DNA from: Cetorhinus maximus
Lineage: Eukaryota
Direction: 5' to 3'
Assembly (NCBI RefSeq): GCF_964194155.1
Contig: NC_135891.1
Location: 117,676,001 to 117,740,000, forward strand
DNA: 64,000 bases
Part shown: in pieces, positions 1 to 13,628 of the stretch
Layout: each line of letters begins with the position of its first letter
Numbering within the stretch: the first letter of the stretch is position 1
The notes under the pieces: generated by a model
Told to the model about the DNA's origin: nothing
The model's database searches: none
The model's input: only the letters and a program-made list of their open reading frames with translations
Position numbers and translations under genes: made by a program

Positions 1-139
1 GCTCACTCTCCATATCATTTCATATTTCCCTTTTTCAAGCAACTATCTAATTCCCTTTCAATTGTACCGGTGGACTCTGCTTCAATAATGTTTTGTGGCA
101 GAAAATTTACTATACTTACTTTTGCTGGAAAAGAGAGAC

Positions 140-885
140 ATTTTTTGTCGAAACTTTTTGTCTTGCATTCATTAGGATAATTCACAAGAATATCAAATGT
201 AAAGGAAACAACAATTTATACTGTATGAAAAGAGAGTTGGTTGGCAAATGGACTCTGATTGGTAGAGGCATTGCCACGGGGAATGCACCAGTTGATGGTG
301 ACTGACAGTTAACTGCCAAGCATTGTTTGAAATGTAAACCAGGCAGCTTGACTCTGATTGGTCAAGGTATTGCCCTGAGGATTGCACCAGCGAATGGCTG
401 TCACTTAATTTGTTTAGCTGAAACTGGCGCAACGTGTGTACATGTTCTTTTTGTCTGCAAAGAACAGGACCGTGTGTTAATATATGTACCTTCTGGTACA
501 TGCAAATGTGCCAACCTGCGAGAATGACTGACATACTTAAATTGGTTGTCAGCGCAATTCTTAGCACACGGAGGATTATTTAGCAAACTTTGTCCAATCG
601 CAGAATCACATCAAATGTTGGACACTGTTTTGAGTTTTGCAAGCACAGCCTGGTTGGGTATGGTCAGTACCTTGAACAGCTGAAGGGGCATGCTGTTTGA
701 TACAATCCGCCAGTCTTTGGGACATACATACATACATACGGCCTACATACATGGCATCACATTGGCACCGAAATTCATATCCCACATAACTCATTTGTGT
801 GACAGGCAGAACATCTTTTTGGCTTGATGGCAGCATCCTGTTTGTGGCGAATACCACTCGTGTTGCTACTGCATAGTAGTGCTAA
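140..885 (-). mobile_element. Penelope-like element 3' fragment (GIY-YIG endonuclease plus 3' UTR), family distinct from the 57-61 kb element
   Basis: Minus-strand translations give VGYEFRCQCDAMYVGR..SQRLADCIKQH, then LNNPPCAKN..LAHLHVPEGTYINT and GPVLCRQKEHVH. This is a frameshifted PLE-type GIY-YIG domain. Confidence 0.75.
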
Positions 886-1835
886 GAATTGTTTCAGCAA
901 TACTCAAGTTCTGTACTACTAAACGGCTATTCTTATTATCCTCTGTATAAAGATTTTTTTCTTTACCTCCATTTTAATTCCCTTTACAATGAGTTGTGCC
1001 CGCTTGCTGCTGTCCTACTGATTGGTGCGAACAATAAGTTATTATTTAGCCCGTCATCATCCTTCTCAATCTTGAAAACCTGCTTTAGGCCATCTCTGAA
1101 CCTTTTCAGTTCCCATGAAAAACTCACGTAGAATTTACAGCACAGAAACAGGCCATTCAGCCTGTTTCTCTAACCGTACTGCATCTTACCTCATGAGCAT
1201 ACCCTTCTATCCCTTTCTCCTCTTAAAAGCATCAATGCTATTCTCCTCAGCTACCTCTTCTGGTACAGTACCGAGTTCGAAATTATCACTCTCTGGGTAC
1301 TGAAGTTTGTTCTGAATTCCCTACTGGATTTATTAGTGCCTTTCTTATAGTTATGACACTAGTTCTGTACTCCCCTAAAAGTGGAAACACGTTCTCTACA
1401 TATGCCATAGCAAGCGCCTTCATAATTTTAAAGACCTCTATTAGATCACTTCAGCCTTCTCTTTTATAGAGAAAGGAGCCCCAGCCTGATCAGCCTTTCT
1501 TCTGATCCAGCCAGAAGCACTTCACAAATCACCCAAGTCTACTTTAGCATTGCCACCAGCTGCACAACTTGCATAACGGAAGCCAGCAACACTAGCACTG
1601 TACCCAGTATATTGTAATTGCAGACTTAGCATTCAGGCCAGAACCAACACTCTCATGTCCTTTTGGAATGATGAGAATGGATCAGATTTTATTCCAGGCC
1701 CTGTGACCCTCTTTTTCTAAACTATTTCTCTCATTGGCCTATTTATACAGCTATGGTACTGTATTTCCCCACTCCACTTCTGCTGCTGCCTCCACCTTTG
1801 TGCTGGAAATTTTTAGAGGAATTCTCTTTGCTCAC

Positions 1836-1991
1836 CTGCCCTGCGTCCAGGTAGTGTGTGACCTGTAGCACCAGGAAGAAGACACGTAGTGACTCCTTCT
1901 GTATGGGGTTACCCTGCCAGTTCTCCACAATCTGGCCACACAGAGTCAGGAGAGGGTGAACTTCCTGCAGCTTCCGCTCCATCAACAGCAG
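1836..1991 (-). CDS. MAU2: MAU2 coding exon 7 (156 nt)
   Basis: Encodes LLLMERKLQEVHPLLTLCGQIVENWQGNPIQKESLRVFFLVLQVTHYLDAGQ, matching vertebrate MAU2. Acceptor ctccag, donor GTGAGC. Confidence 0.97.
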
Positions 1992-3334
1992 CTGGAGACC
2001 AACAGGGAGAACACACCAACATTAAAAATCACAACTACAACCTAAAGCAGCATTTAAACAATCACCATCAATCAATTATCATTGGCGCTCCTGTGACTGC
2101 CCTCCAAACCTTCTCTATAAAGCAGGGACACAAACCCAAATGTTGTGTCTGGGAGCGTCTATGGTTGCTTTCCAATGACTCTGCCCCTTCCAGGATATGG
2201 AGGCTAAAATAGGATTAGCTCGTGCCTCTTTGGAAAGTATTTCCTCCTTCCAGAGGCCCCCTCCCCTCCTCATCGAGCTTATCCAGCTCCAAGATTTTGG
2301 TACCTACTAGGGGTGGTCAGGTTACTTAACTGCTGCCTGGTACTGATTATCGTAGGTATCACTGTCTACCGGCATTATAATAGCAGATTCTAACACCAGG
2401 GCTGTCTCCATATAAACAATGCTGCAAAATACCCCAGAGGGTTTTAAAAAGTGATCCTTTTTTCAGAGGGCAGGGGGATAAAAGATAGATTTGAAGTGTC
2501 TGAAGTATGTAAGCTCAGTTTGGTTGGCGGCAGAATTCTTGCTTGAGTCAGGAAATCGTGGGCTGAAGTCCCGCTCAGAATTGGATAGCATACATATTAG
2601 CTGGCACTTCAGTGCCATCTATTATAAATTTTACATTTTTCAAAAAAGCACTTTTCTCCTTTGTCAAGTTTCTCCACTCAATTTTTTACTCTGCAGTGGT
2701 TAAATTTCACAATCCCCTGTGAACTCCACTATCTCACCCCAGTGGCTAGTATTCATGCATAAGCCTGGACTGTGACTGTCAGCAGAGTATACACTGGGAC
2801 ATGGGCGTAGGGTAGCAGAGTCAAATTGGATCTGGGTCCTGGTTATTCACACACGTTCTTCAGGATAGCAATCAGGAGCTGTATAATTTCCGTTATCCCA
2901 ACCTATTTGGACAAACTGTCGCACATCCTGTGCCAACCCAAATGAGGCTGGCTAAATAACCACAAACTGGGAGATTGAAAACGGGGAAGGAGCATTCTTG
3001 TTCTGTATGGCACGGCTACTCATTGGTGAAATTCAAATTCTCTATATTTCATAATCCACCTGGTTGCTGGGGTGGGCCACTGTTTCTTGGTACTTCTTTT
3101 TATCACTGAAAACAATTATCCAATGGCAAGAGCTGGATTTCTGCAGCTCTCCCTTCCAATCCACATTAAGAGAACACCTGAGAGTATGTTACATTATTCC
3201 ACACACAGGATTCTTTAATGTTCCCTGTATCAATTTGAAGATTTCTATAGTGATGGATTCGCTAGCTGCAGATTAGAGAGTAAACTCTGCACAAAAGGTT
3301 GGATGCTAATTTAACTAAATGAAAAAATACTTAC

Positions 3335-3362
3335 CATGCCTTTGCTTAAGAGGAAGAGTGCT
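3335..3362 (-). CDS. MAU2: MAU2 coding exon 6 (28 nt)
   Basis: Encodes (R)ALFLLSKGM. Acceptor tctctttcag, donor GTAAGT. Phases join exon 5 (phase 2) to exon 7 (phase 0). Confidence 0.95.
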
Positions 3363-3489
3363 CTGAAAGAGAAGAGACAAGTTTATATTTACAATGTGAA
3401 TTTAAGTTAATAATGTACACATGAAACTATAACCCATTTTAGGTAAATGACAAGGACAAATTTAAGAAAGTCAGAAAGTTAAATTAGCT

Positions 3490-3880
3490 TTTGCCTCTCC
3501 AGAATCCCATTCCAGAGGCTTGACCACAGCTAACACCTCAGTGCAGTACTGAGGGAGCACTGCAGTGAGGGCCAGCTTTTGGACGAGATGTAAACTCATG
3601 GTCCGTGACCCTCTCGTGGGCATAAAAAAATCTCACAGGGCTTTTTTGGAAGGGCAGGGGAATTCTCACCTGTATTCTGGGCCTCAACCAGCAACATTAA
3701 AAAGCAAGTTATCTAGTCATTATCACAATGCTATTATGGGCCATAGCAGAATGCAAATTGGCTGCTATATTTCCTACATTATAACATTAACTATACTTCA
3801 AAAGAAATTCATTGGCTATAAAGCATTATGGGATGTTCCCAGGGCCACGAAAGACACTTTGGAAATACAAATCTTTCTTT
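3490..3880 (+). mobile_element. Deu-domain SINE (SacSINE1/AmnSINE1-like)
   Basis: Contains cagtactgagggagcactgca ... ttatctagtcattatcacaatgc ... caaattggctgc..tttcctacatt ... acttcaaaag. Related copies recur across the window. Confidence 0.7.
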
Positions 3881-4697
3881 ATGATAAAAAAAATTCACCC
3901 ATCTCTTATAAAATCAGGTGGAATTGTAAAGGCACACCAGGCTATTAATAGTTTAAAAATTAACACTCAAATGCTTTCTTTTATCCCAGGTGACATATGT
4001 ATAGCACTGAGGGAGTGCTGCATTGTTGAAGATGGGTGTTCTAGGTCACCGGGCTTTTTTCAAACATAGGAACAAATTTTTCCCATTGTCCTGGGACAAC
4101 ATACCTCTCTCAAACACCCAAAAAAAAGGTGTAGTGCTGGACCAAGTTCCAGAAATAGAGAGAGGTGAGGCTAAGGAGTGATTTGCATACAACACTGAGA
4201 ATTTAAAATCTGAGGCATTAACAAAGTAGCTTCGCGTTGTGTCTTCACCAAAGGTCCCACACCTCCTAGAAGAAATTAAAGGATTGTGATCGGGGCAAGT
4301 TAATATTTCCCTCCCTGTCCTGGACTACTGAGGCCCTTTCTAACACTCCAGTTGCTGCCAAATCAGCAAACTCAACACAGGCCAGAAAACAAGCCCAGGA
4401 CTTTCCAGCCTTTACCAGCAGAGAGATAAAACCTTTAACAACAGCAGAATGCCTAATCTTAGAATGCGGAAGAGAGATCCTCATGTTGTCGCTAGCGCAA
4501 ATGAAAGATAAAGAATTTCCTGTGTCTTTCTAGAAGCTTACATTTAAGACTGAAGGGCAAATTGAAGAAGGTAACAATTATACATTTGAGGCAGATATTC
4601 CGACACAGAAATCTGGAAAATTGGGGCTTTGGCTTATTTCGTTCGTCTGTGGGAACAGCAGGGAGGTAGCTCTCAATCCCTGAGACTTTGCCATTAC

Positions 4698-4792
4698 CTT
4701 GTATATTCTGATCCCACTACTCTTGCGTACTCGGCTCCAACTCCTAGGAGGTCACATGCTGAAACCAAATCTTTTTCTAACGTGTGTAGTTG
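4698..4792 (-). CDS. MAU2: MAU2 coding exon 5 (95 nt)
   Basis: Encodes QLHTLEKDLVSACDLLGVGAEYARVVGSEYT(R). Acceptor cctaccag, donor GTAATG. Confidence 0.97.
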
Positions 4793-5859
4793 CTGGTAGG
4801 AAGGGAAACAAAGTGAGAAATAAAGGTTTTCTTTAAATTCTTATTACAGCCATCTTAATATGTGGAAAAGTAATGTGTATAATTGAGATCAGCCTTCATC
4901 TGAAGGACATCAATAGCCATCGTAATCAACACATCGAATGCTGTAGGCTTGGTTATGGGTCTACGAGGCACTAGACAGATTGACCTCCTGGCAGCCTCGT
5001 TTCTTTTCAATTTGCATGTCCCCACCCTGCCACCATTTGCAGATGACATCTGGTGCTAGGGTAAGACTGCAAGGGTGCCAAGTTACGTCTGGTACCTCAC
5101 GCCACTGATCTATCGGCTGTGTGGCATCTCAGCCACACTACAAACAGTCCATTAGAAGATCATGAGAGTTATCAAGAGTGGGAGCCTTGGATGACTTTCC
5201 CTCACCACTTCACGAAATACAAAGGTCAAATGTGGCACCCCTATAATCTGAAACATGTTCCATGAGACTGAGTGTCAATGTATCAGCAATTGCATTCTCA
5301 AGGTCCAATAACAATCAACTTGTTGACCGGCAATTACATTAAGACAATTTCATTGTTAAAACAGGTGATGGGAATTAGCTCATCCATAAACGGGTACAGT
5401 TGTAACACTCTAGTGGGGAAAGGAACTGGGAGACTGTCACTCTGTTGAGCTGGTTGAAGGATAAAACCTGCTTGAGGTAAAAGACCAGCTTTGGACTCAT
5501 TCTTCCCTTATATATAACTTTTGGAGTTAACACTGAGGCAGGCATTTACAGAATTTGCTCCTTCAATACAAATAGTGGCCTATTTCTGGATCTTTGCAAT
5601 TATGACTCTGTTGCTGAGATGAAAATAATTTGTCCATTGATTTATTGCTGTCCCCCTTTTAAAATGAAGAAGCACCTTATGACCAGTCAGTTTAATCTCT
5701 CTCTCTCCCACCTTTGCTAATCTTAGTGTACAAAGATCTGGCTTAAACTAGAGCTACAGCTTCTTCTTCAGCTTCCAAGGTGGAACCAGAAATGTTCAGT
5801 CTGCACTAAATTAGCTGATCTCAGCCAGGTAGCAATAATGACACTGGTTATAATCTTTT

Positions 5860-6585
5860 GGATGGGCCATTAAACTGAGACGCTACCTGCTCTCTCAGTT
5901 GGATGTCAAAGATCCCATAGCATTATTTCGAAGAACAGCAGGGCAGTTCTCCCAGGTATACTGGCCAATATTTATCCATCATGCAACATCAGTAAATGGG
6001 GGGTATGGTGGCAGTGGTTGTGATACTGGACTAGTAATTCAAAGGTCTGGAAATTGGAGTTCAAATTCCACAGCTGCTGAAAAAGTTAAATTCAATCAAC
6101 TAAATCAATGTGGAATAAAAATCTAGTATCAGTCATGGTGATCTTGGAAACTACCAGATTGTCATGAAAATCCATCTGGTTCACCAATACCCTTTCGTAA
6201 GGAAATCTGTTGCCCTTACCTGATCTGGTTCATACATGACTCCAGACCACAACAATGTGGTTGACTTTTAATTGCCTTCTGAAATGACCTAGCAGGCTAC
6301 TCGGTTGTATTCAACAAGATCGCCGCCTTTTTAAGGGCAATTAAGGATAGACAATAAACGCTAGCATTGTCGGTGATGCTCCCCCACTCCATGAATTAAT
6401 CAATGAAAAAAAGTTATCTGATCATTATCACATTGCTATTTGTGAGAACCTGCAGTGTGGAAATTGGCTACCACATTTCCTGCATTACATCACTGGCTAT
6501 ACTTCAAAAGGTGCTTCACTGGTTCTAAGTGCTTCAGGACATCCTGAGGTCATGAAAAGCACTATATAAATGCAATTCTTTTCTC
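5860..6585 (+). mobile_element. Deu-domain SINE interrupted by a tRNA-derived SINE (about 5995-6410)
   Basis: Deu 5' part ends at caacatcagtaa and resumes at agttatctgatcattatcacattgc. The insert has A/B-box-like motifs (gtggcagtgg, gagttcaaattcc) and a LINE-like tail (aagggcaattaaggatagacaataaa). Confidence 0.7.
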
Positions 6586-7118
6586 CCTTATTTAATGCTC
6601 AGTGCCCAGAGGTCAGAGAGTGGATAGCCAACCAACACTCATTGTCCAGGTTTTAAGAAAGAATGGGCGCCTGTAACTAAGTGCCACAAACATACATGCT
6701 ATTTTCTGATTTCATTCCTTTCCTTCCTTGTGAAGAAACACCCAAGGTTTGGCTTTTGGTTTCACAGTTGAGCCACAAAGTGTAGCCACTCTTAACATTA
6801 ACGATACAATGGAAAGGGAGGGTTGACAGCGGCTGTGAGTTGAACAGTACCCTATGAGAGTCAACACCTTGGGGAGGGGAGAGGAAAAAATGGAGAGGAA
6901 AGAATATATAAAGAGAGTTTGTGAAATTAGAGGCTGTGGGGCAGATAATTGCACATGCAAACTCATTAGTTTCCACTCGGAACATCACCAGGCAGCCCAG
7001 AGGTAATCTGAGTTGAACAGCTTGTGATTCAACATTTCATGTGCTCTAATGCTAAAAATGTTCTTTCACTCTATGCCAAGAAACTCCCATTAGCCATACA
7101 AAAACAAAAGGTACATAC

Positions 7119-7214
7119 TGCAAGCTGAAAGAGCAGTCGACAATGCCAATAAGGCGTCTGCTGAGAGATCTGTATCGCCTTCCGTAAAAGTGGTTTTGCT
7201 GAATCAACCAGATT
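7119..7214 (-). CDS. MAU2: MAU2 coding exon 4 (96 nt)
   Basis: Encodes [32 protein letters not shown]. Acceptor tttttcag, donor GTATGT. Confidence 0.97.
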
Positions 7215-8344
7215 CTGAAAAAGCAACAAAACATCATTATTTCAAACTAACATAGAAAAAGGCAGCATCTAATCCCACAGAAACACAATTAAAAGTAGTT
7301 ACGCAACCAGATGTGAAATTCATCCATTACAACACGCATGACGACTATAACAAAACTTCTCTGTGAAGCAGTAAGTTTGGAACTAGTTTTCTTTACTTCA
7401 GTTTTAGAGGTTTCTATTGCAGTCTTAACTCTAGCTGCCAACCTCTCTCAGTTACCACTGTTGTCTATTTTATCAATAGCTGTATAGCCAGAACCGTTTT
7501 TCTACACTCCAAATACATTGCCTACTTCCCTCTATTAAAATTTCTACTTGCTGCAACGTTTCCTGTTCTATCTTGTTCTTTCTCAGATTCTCCAACCTGT
7601 GAAACTACTGTCCCTTCCAGCTGTAGCCTTCACGTGACCACTACTTCTTTCTTCAACTCATCTTCTCTTCAGCCTTGGCAGTGTCATCCACTATTTGCTT
7701 TCACCCTTCACCTACTAGATATATTCACATGTAAAAAGTAGCTATTGCATTAGATTGCCCTGCGCCTGGGACCAAATTCTATCTGCAAAATAAAATAGTA
7801 CAAGATGAGGATCAACATATTGTTCCACCCAAATCCTGTCAGATGGTGCCTAAGAATAGTTTCTCTGTTCTTCATTTCATTTCCATCAACTACTGCTCTG
7901 CTCCTTTCAGCATTATGCACCACTCTTAACTTTAGCACTGGCTCACCCTGCTAATTTTAAATCTCCCCTTTCTGTATTGAACTTGCTGGACTGTCATGAA
8001 TTTAAATCCATTGCAGGAGAGATAAACTGGATAAAGGTAGGAGGGAAGAGTTTCCTTTCCATGGAGTTAGCACCATGTTAGAACAACAGGTTATAGGCAT
8101 GCTGTCACCCTACAGCTTTCTTTTACCTTACTTAACTCCCTTTGCTAGAAATGATGGTCCAAAGAATTGGAAAAATAAGCCCTGAAGATAAGAAAATCTG
8201 TCCTCTGTAATTTAAAATTGATAGCAAGTGCCTGGACTGATATCAGGAGGAAAAGTTGCCAATTAAACATCACAGCATTGGAGAAGTGTAGATGCTGCCC
8301 CAAACGGTGATACCTAAACAGCTCCCTACTGCAAGAAATACACT

Positions 8345-10830
8345 GAAGTCATAAAAGGGAAGCAGGCCATGGGCCCAATTACCCTGTGACTATGTTTACC
8401 CTGCATGTGATCAAATAGCCTTAAGTCCCATTAACTCATCTTCTCCCCATACCCCTTCATTTAATTTTCTTTCATCCACCTACCCCAGCTAATCTTCAAC
8501 GTCAACAGTTTCTGTCTCAACCAATGATCCTGAAGGTGAATTCAATAATTTCACAGCCCTCATCTAAGCCTCATTTCTTATTCTATCTATAGCCCCTAAT
8601 TATAAGTCACCACTGAAAGCAGTCTGCTCTGTTATATACACAGTTCCATCCTTTCATAATTTTGAACATGTCTATCATTGTCCTGAAATCTGCGCCATTC
8701 TTGTGAAGGAAGAAACATTTTTTCAAGTCTTTCTTCATATTTTGTTGTGAAAGCTGAGTTCATAGTTCGTCTGTTTTAGAATATATCTTTTAATTTTAGG
8801 ATATAACTTGCAGTTTTAAGAATTAAAGTCTAATTGCAGAAAATGGGATAAATGCAATTAAAGTGAGCTTGCAATCTATTATACTTAAGAAGCTACAGCC
8901 ATGTTGACTTAAGGGGGTTAACAGCTAGAAAGGGAAGGTCATAAAACAGCAGGTGGGCTTACTTAGTTAAAGAGCTGGAGCTGTGAGATCCCCAACCTTG
9001 CAGTAATGGCATTCCAGAAAGATATTTTTGCTTTGGGAGTTTGTGTTAAATTAGTTTAAAAGCATTCAGTAAACCCTGAAAGGCCGTAAAACCCATTTAC
9101 TTCATCAGATCAAAAAAAATTGTAAGTGAGGGACAATTGACTTAAAGATCGATTTGAGGTTACATTAAGCATGTTACATCGTCATGGAGAAGGGTGAAGC
9201 TTAGGGAGGTTCTCTGGTTTCAATTTATCTGGGTGTTTGCTGGGAGAGGTTTTTAGTTGCAGTTTAGACCTGATGTGGTTTGCAGTTTGCTGAGAGACGA
9301 TAGCTAAAGTAAAATGACAGTTAGATAGGCTTGCACTGTAGGCACAGTAAGAAACTAACTTCATCGTTGACCACACTGAAGGCAGGTGAGGCTTAATCTC
9401 AATTTTGAGCTTTGAGAGAACAGAGCTGGAAGATTCTCTAGTTTGAAACTAGTGGAAGTATCTACAGTGGGCCCCACAATGTCTTATTGCAAAATAAAGT
9501 AACAAGCAGATTAGCTTGGAAGTATTGAAAAATAACCAGAACAAGGAACTGAGGCATCCACAGTCAAGAGAGGGCAAATGAAGTCTGAGAATAGCTGCAG
9601 TTGAAGAGAATTCTCCAGAAGACTGTGGCATACTTATGGGTGGTCCCGACAGAAGTAAATAACTAAGATTGATGTGTCTTATAAGAGAGTTCTTAGGGGA
9701 AGTAGGAAGTAAGCCTGAGTGCATAACATACAGTTATAAATGATATTGTTAATTAATCGTGCTTTTGTTTAAGTTTTCTATACAATAAAGTTTGTTTTGT
9801 TAAAAAAGTGGTGTAGTTCTATTGGTTAAAACAAGGTACTCTGATTTCTTTTTAAACGTTAATAGTCATTAACCAGATTGTACTATCTGTATTTCCTCAA
9901 ACCAGGCAGCATCCTAATGAGTTTGCATTGTACCCTCTGTAGTCACAACATCCTTCCTATAGCGTGAAGCCCAATAACTGAGCTCTTCTTAAGGCTTTAG
10001 ATAAGATCAATTACTTCTTGGCTTTTAAATTCTATGCCTCCTCTTGTAATAAAATCTAGAATTTAATTAGCTTTTTTAAATTTTATAAAAGTTCTAGCAA
10101 CCAGAAGAGCTGCCTTTAATGTTCTATGCACCTGTACCCTCAAATCCCTCTATTCTTCTACCACACCAAGTCTGCTTCCCTTCCCAGTATTAACATTACT
10201 GTCATTTTTAACTGAAATATATCATCATACACTTACTGATGTTACATTCCACTGGCCATTTTTTAATGCATTCTATTTTAGCACTAGACCGTTGTGGCTT
10301 TTTTGCTCTCCTAAAGCATTAACTCTGCTTCTTATTTTGTTACCTTCTGCAAATTTCAACACTATTCCGTGTACGGAAACATCACCACCAATACAGACAG
10401 GGAACAGAAATTGCTCCCGGAACTGAATCCTGGACACAATATCCACACCCAGTCACTCTGAGAAAAACTACCCTCAACTCCTACTCTGTTTGTTCCCTTC
10501 TAACCAAATTTCAATCTCGTTCATCATCCCCCTAATTTCATATCCCCTTAATCTTCTCCAGTAATCTCCGATGTTGTGAAAGGCCTGCTAAGATCCATGC
10601 ACACCATATCTGCATCATTTCCCTCCCCCATTTAAGTCTGTTACCATTTCACCAAATCCTACAAAGTTTGTCAAGCACGACTGCCCCTTTTGAAATTCAT
10701 GCTGGAAACTTACATCTATTTTCTTTTTACCTACGATTTCATCCTCAATGATGCCAAGATTTTCCCTATCACAGATGTTAAGCTTACTGGCCTGTAATTT
10801 CCTGTGTTAGCTCTGTCCTCCCTATTGAAA
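8345..10830 (-). mobile_element. Old CR1-type LINE fragment split by an LTR-like insertion
   Basis: Minus-strand GNYRPVSLTSVIGKIL near 10750-10810 and a degenerate CR1 3' end near 8345-8742. CR1 sequence resumes at about 9884. Confidence 0.65.
8743..9883 (+). mobile_element. Probable solo LTR (about 1.1 kb)
   Basis: Starts TGTTGTGA and ends accagattgtac (terminal CA degenerate). AATAAA at 9784. Flanked by tattt/tatct, a near 5-bp duplication. Interrupts a CR1 fragment. Confidence 0.5.
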
Positions 10831-11284
10831 ATGCATAGTGTGCTGTCCACTGTCCAAATCCTCCAACAAACATTCACACTCACTGGAGCCTTGAAATCCA
10901 GAACGGCATTCTGAGTTTTATATGTATAAATATATTTTAAGTTAAAGGCTCCCATTAAAGGTTTAAAAAAAAAATCTTTGATTGCTTTGGTGACATTGAA
11001 GGCTCAAAAAACATTTTTAAAAAGTGTACAGAAGTTACTGTCACTGGTAACAGAAAACACCCATTTCCCAACTACGCCTACTAGACTCTTCCCTGTCAGC
11101 ACAATCACATGCTGTAAACTCCATTTTTATTTGATTCCGATTGCACATTTGACCAGACTTACAGTCCTGATCAAACACCTTGTGGATAAGGTGTTGAGAA
11201 AAATAGGTTTTCCTAATAATGCCAGATTAGAGGAAATTAAATGTGAATTGATTTCACAAACTTTTATAAAAACAAAAAGCTTAC

Positions 11285-11350
11285 CTGGTGGCAATATAAC
11301 TCTGACAGAAGACTGGCTGCTTCAAATTTGATATCTTCAAACTGTGGAAT
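11285..11350 (-). CDS. MAU2: MAU2 coding exon 3 (66 nt)
   Basis: Encodes IPQFEDIKFEAASLLSELYCHQ. Acceptor tgtattag, donor GTAAGC. Confidence 0.97.
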
Positions 11351-13628
11351 CTAATACACACAGGTCAAGGACAAATCACATATAATTGGTTGGAACATAC
11401 AGTAGTACTAAACCCTCTCTTCCCTTCCCTATTTCCAAAAAGGTAGCATCTTTAACTCAGAGGGCAGAAACATGAAGAACTAATACAGTTAACAGTACAA
11501 GGTTCTCCGGAATGTGTTTCTTTAACCTGCCTGTTGTGCAATTTCCAAGAGCATAATTGACATTTGAACAATTCAGCAAAAGTAACCAAGAGAGCAACTG
11601 AATAACAAATTTTAACAGCACACTGGGTTAGCAACCACTCCAGAGAAATAATTCAGTTCACTTGCACCCATCAGACACAATTTTCCCATCTCTTCCTCCA
11701 CTTATGTCACCGTTATTGCTGCCTGAAACAAACAGATTTGAGGTGCTGCATTATGACTCAGCAGGTGCGTGTCCAGGACGGGGGTTCAGGCTCATAGCTC
11801 AATGGGATGGGGGTTAGGGTGCGCAGCTCCAATAAGATGCCAAGCCAAAGGAGCGGTGACCAAGAGTTTTGTTGAAAAGATCTGTTTTAAGGAAGGTTTT
11901 AAAGCAAGAGAGGGAGGTGGATAGAATGAACCACTTAGAAAGGGAATTCAGGCTATGAGGTTTAGGTGGCCTGCTAATCGAACAGTGGGGCAGGGGTGGT
12001 TTGACAGTGTCAGAGGAAGGATGAGTTGCAGGGGAGCGGGTGGAGAAGAGTGATTGTAAGGTTGAAGGAGGTTATGGGGATTGGGATGGATGATGCCATG
12101 AAGGGATTTATACCCAAGTACGAGTGCTTTAAATTGAAGGCTTTGGGGGACTGAGTACCAAAGGTTAAGTCAGCAAGGATGAGGTGATGGGCGAGCAAAA
12201 CCTGATAAAGAGCAGAGCAGAGCTTTGGATGAGATGAAATTTAGAAAGGTACAGGATGGGTGGCAAGCCAGAATAGTATTGAAATTGGCGTTGGAGGCAA
12301 CAAAGGTACTGACGAGAATTGTAGCAGCAGATGATCGAAGGCAGGGTGGAGGTGAGCAATGTTATGGAGGAACACAAGTGATCTTTGTGATGCAAAGGGT
12401 CTGGGGTTGGAAACTCAGCATAAAGCTGAATAGGACACAGATGCTGCAAACTGTCTGTTTTAGCCTCAGACAGTGACCAAGGACGGGGATGAAATCAGTC
12501 TAAAGGATACAGTGTTTGGAGTGGAGGCCAAAACAATGGCTTTGGCCTTCCAAGTGTTTTCACTGGAGAAAATTGCAGCTCATCCATTTCGGAAATCAGA
12601 TGAGCAGTGTGACAACACAGGCAGTGCTGTGGTCGACACAAGTGGTGGTCAGGTAGCGCTGGGTGTCATCGGCGTACAAATGGAAGCTGGCCTCAAGTCT
12701 GTCAACAGTATCGCCAAAAGTCAGCATGTGACTGAAGGAGAAGAACAGGACAGAGATAAAACTTTGGATGTCTCCAGAGACATCGATGTAGTGACAAGGG
12801 AACCCACTGCTGGTGATCCTTTGGCTGGGGTGGCATACAGAGCATGACTATGAAGCAACACTAGTGTAGGCCTGAGGACAAATCAGCCACTCTATAAGCC
12901 AGGATGGACAGGTGGCATGATACTTAGAAGAAGGTACAACAAAACAGAAACTAATTACAAAATGAAATTAAGCAATCAGAAGAATGTTTTAGAAAGTATT
13001 AGTATTTGCGATTAAAAGAACTGCTGTGTGCTGCGGGCCACACACCATCCTGACTCAGAACTATATCGCAGTTCCTTCACTGTTGTTGGGTCAAAAATCC
13101 TGGGGCTCCCTTCCTAACAGCACTGTTGGTGTACCTACACCACATGGACTGCAACGGTTCAAGAAAGCAGCTCACCACCACCTTCTCAAAGGCAATTAGG
13201 GATGGGCAATAAATACTGGCCTAGCCAGCGACGCTCACATCCCATGAATGAGTATGAAAAAAAAAAACCCTGCAAAATTTGTTCATGAACATTTTTCTTT
13301 CTGCAATTTGCAGTGATTCAGATTCAGTACATTGCTGTTTAAGGTGTCACTTTCAATCCAGATAGGGTAAATCCATCTAAAGACCAGAGCTCTTCGTGTG
13401 TTCAAAACTCTTTTGCGATACCAAGCAGCAAATATGCCAGACATCACACTGCACTGAATTACTTGCCCTAGGTGTAAATCATCAAGATTACCAGATAATC
13501 TGCAGTTGATTAGCGAGAAAACAAAACAGCATCATCACTATGAAAGAATTTTCCTCTTCACACAAACCACTGCAATTAGATAGAAGCTGCAGGCACGAAC
13601 TTTGTGTTTTTTTAAAAAAAAAGGATAC
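11351..13628 (-). other. MAU2: U12-type (minor spliceosome) GT-AG intron, MAU2 intron 2
   Basis: 5' site GTATCCTTT. Branch site TCCTTGAC (11371-11364) with the branch A 15 nt from the exon. No polypyrimidine tract. Confidence 0.93.
11860..12850 (-). mobile_element. L2-type LINE fragment
   Basis: Degenerate RT-downstream sequence (plus-strand gggtgtcatcggcgtac = YADDT on the minus strand) and an L2-like 3' region (ttttaaggaaggttttaaa). Confidence 0.65.

Noticed and set aside
1-1835. MAU2 exon 8 (VKSVKPCLKQLQQ...)
   Set aside because: Not present; this stretch is intron with PLE and CR1 remnants. The ORF read-through after ...DAGQ is intronic.
13300-13560. Intronic C/D snoRNA in MAU2
   Set aside because: C-like and D-like boxes are too far apart and lack terminal stems.
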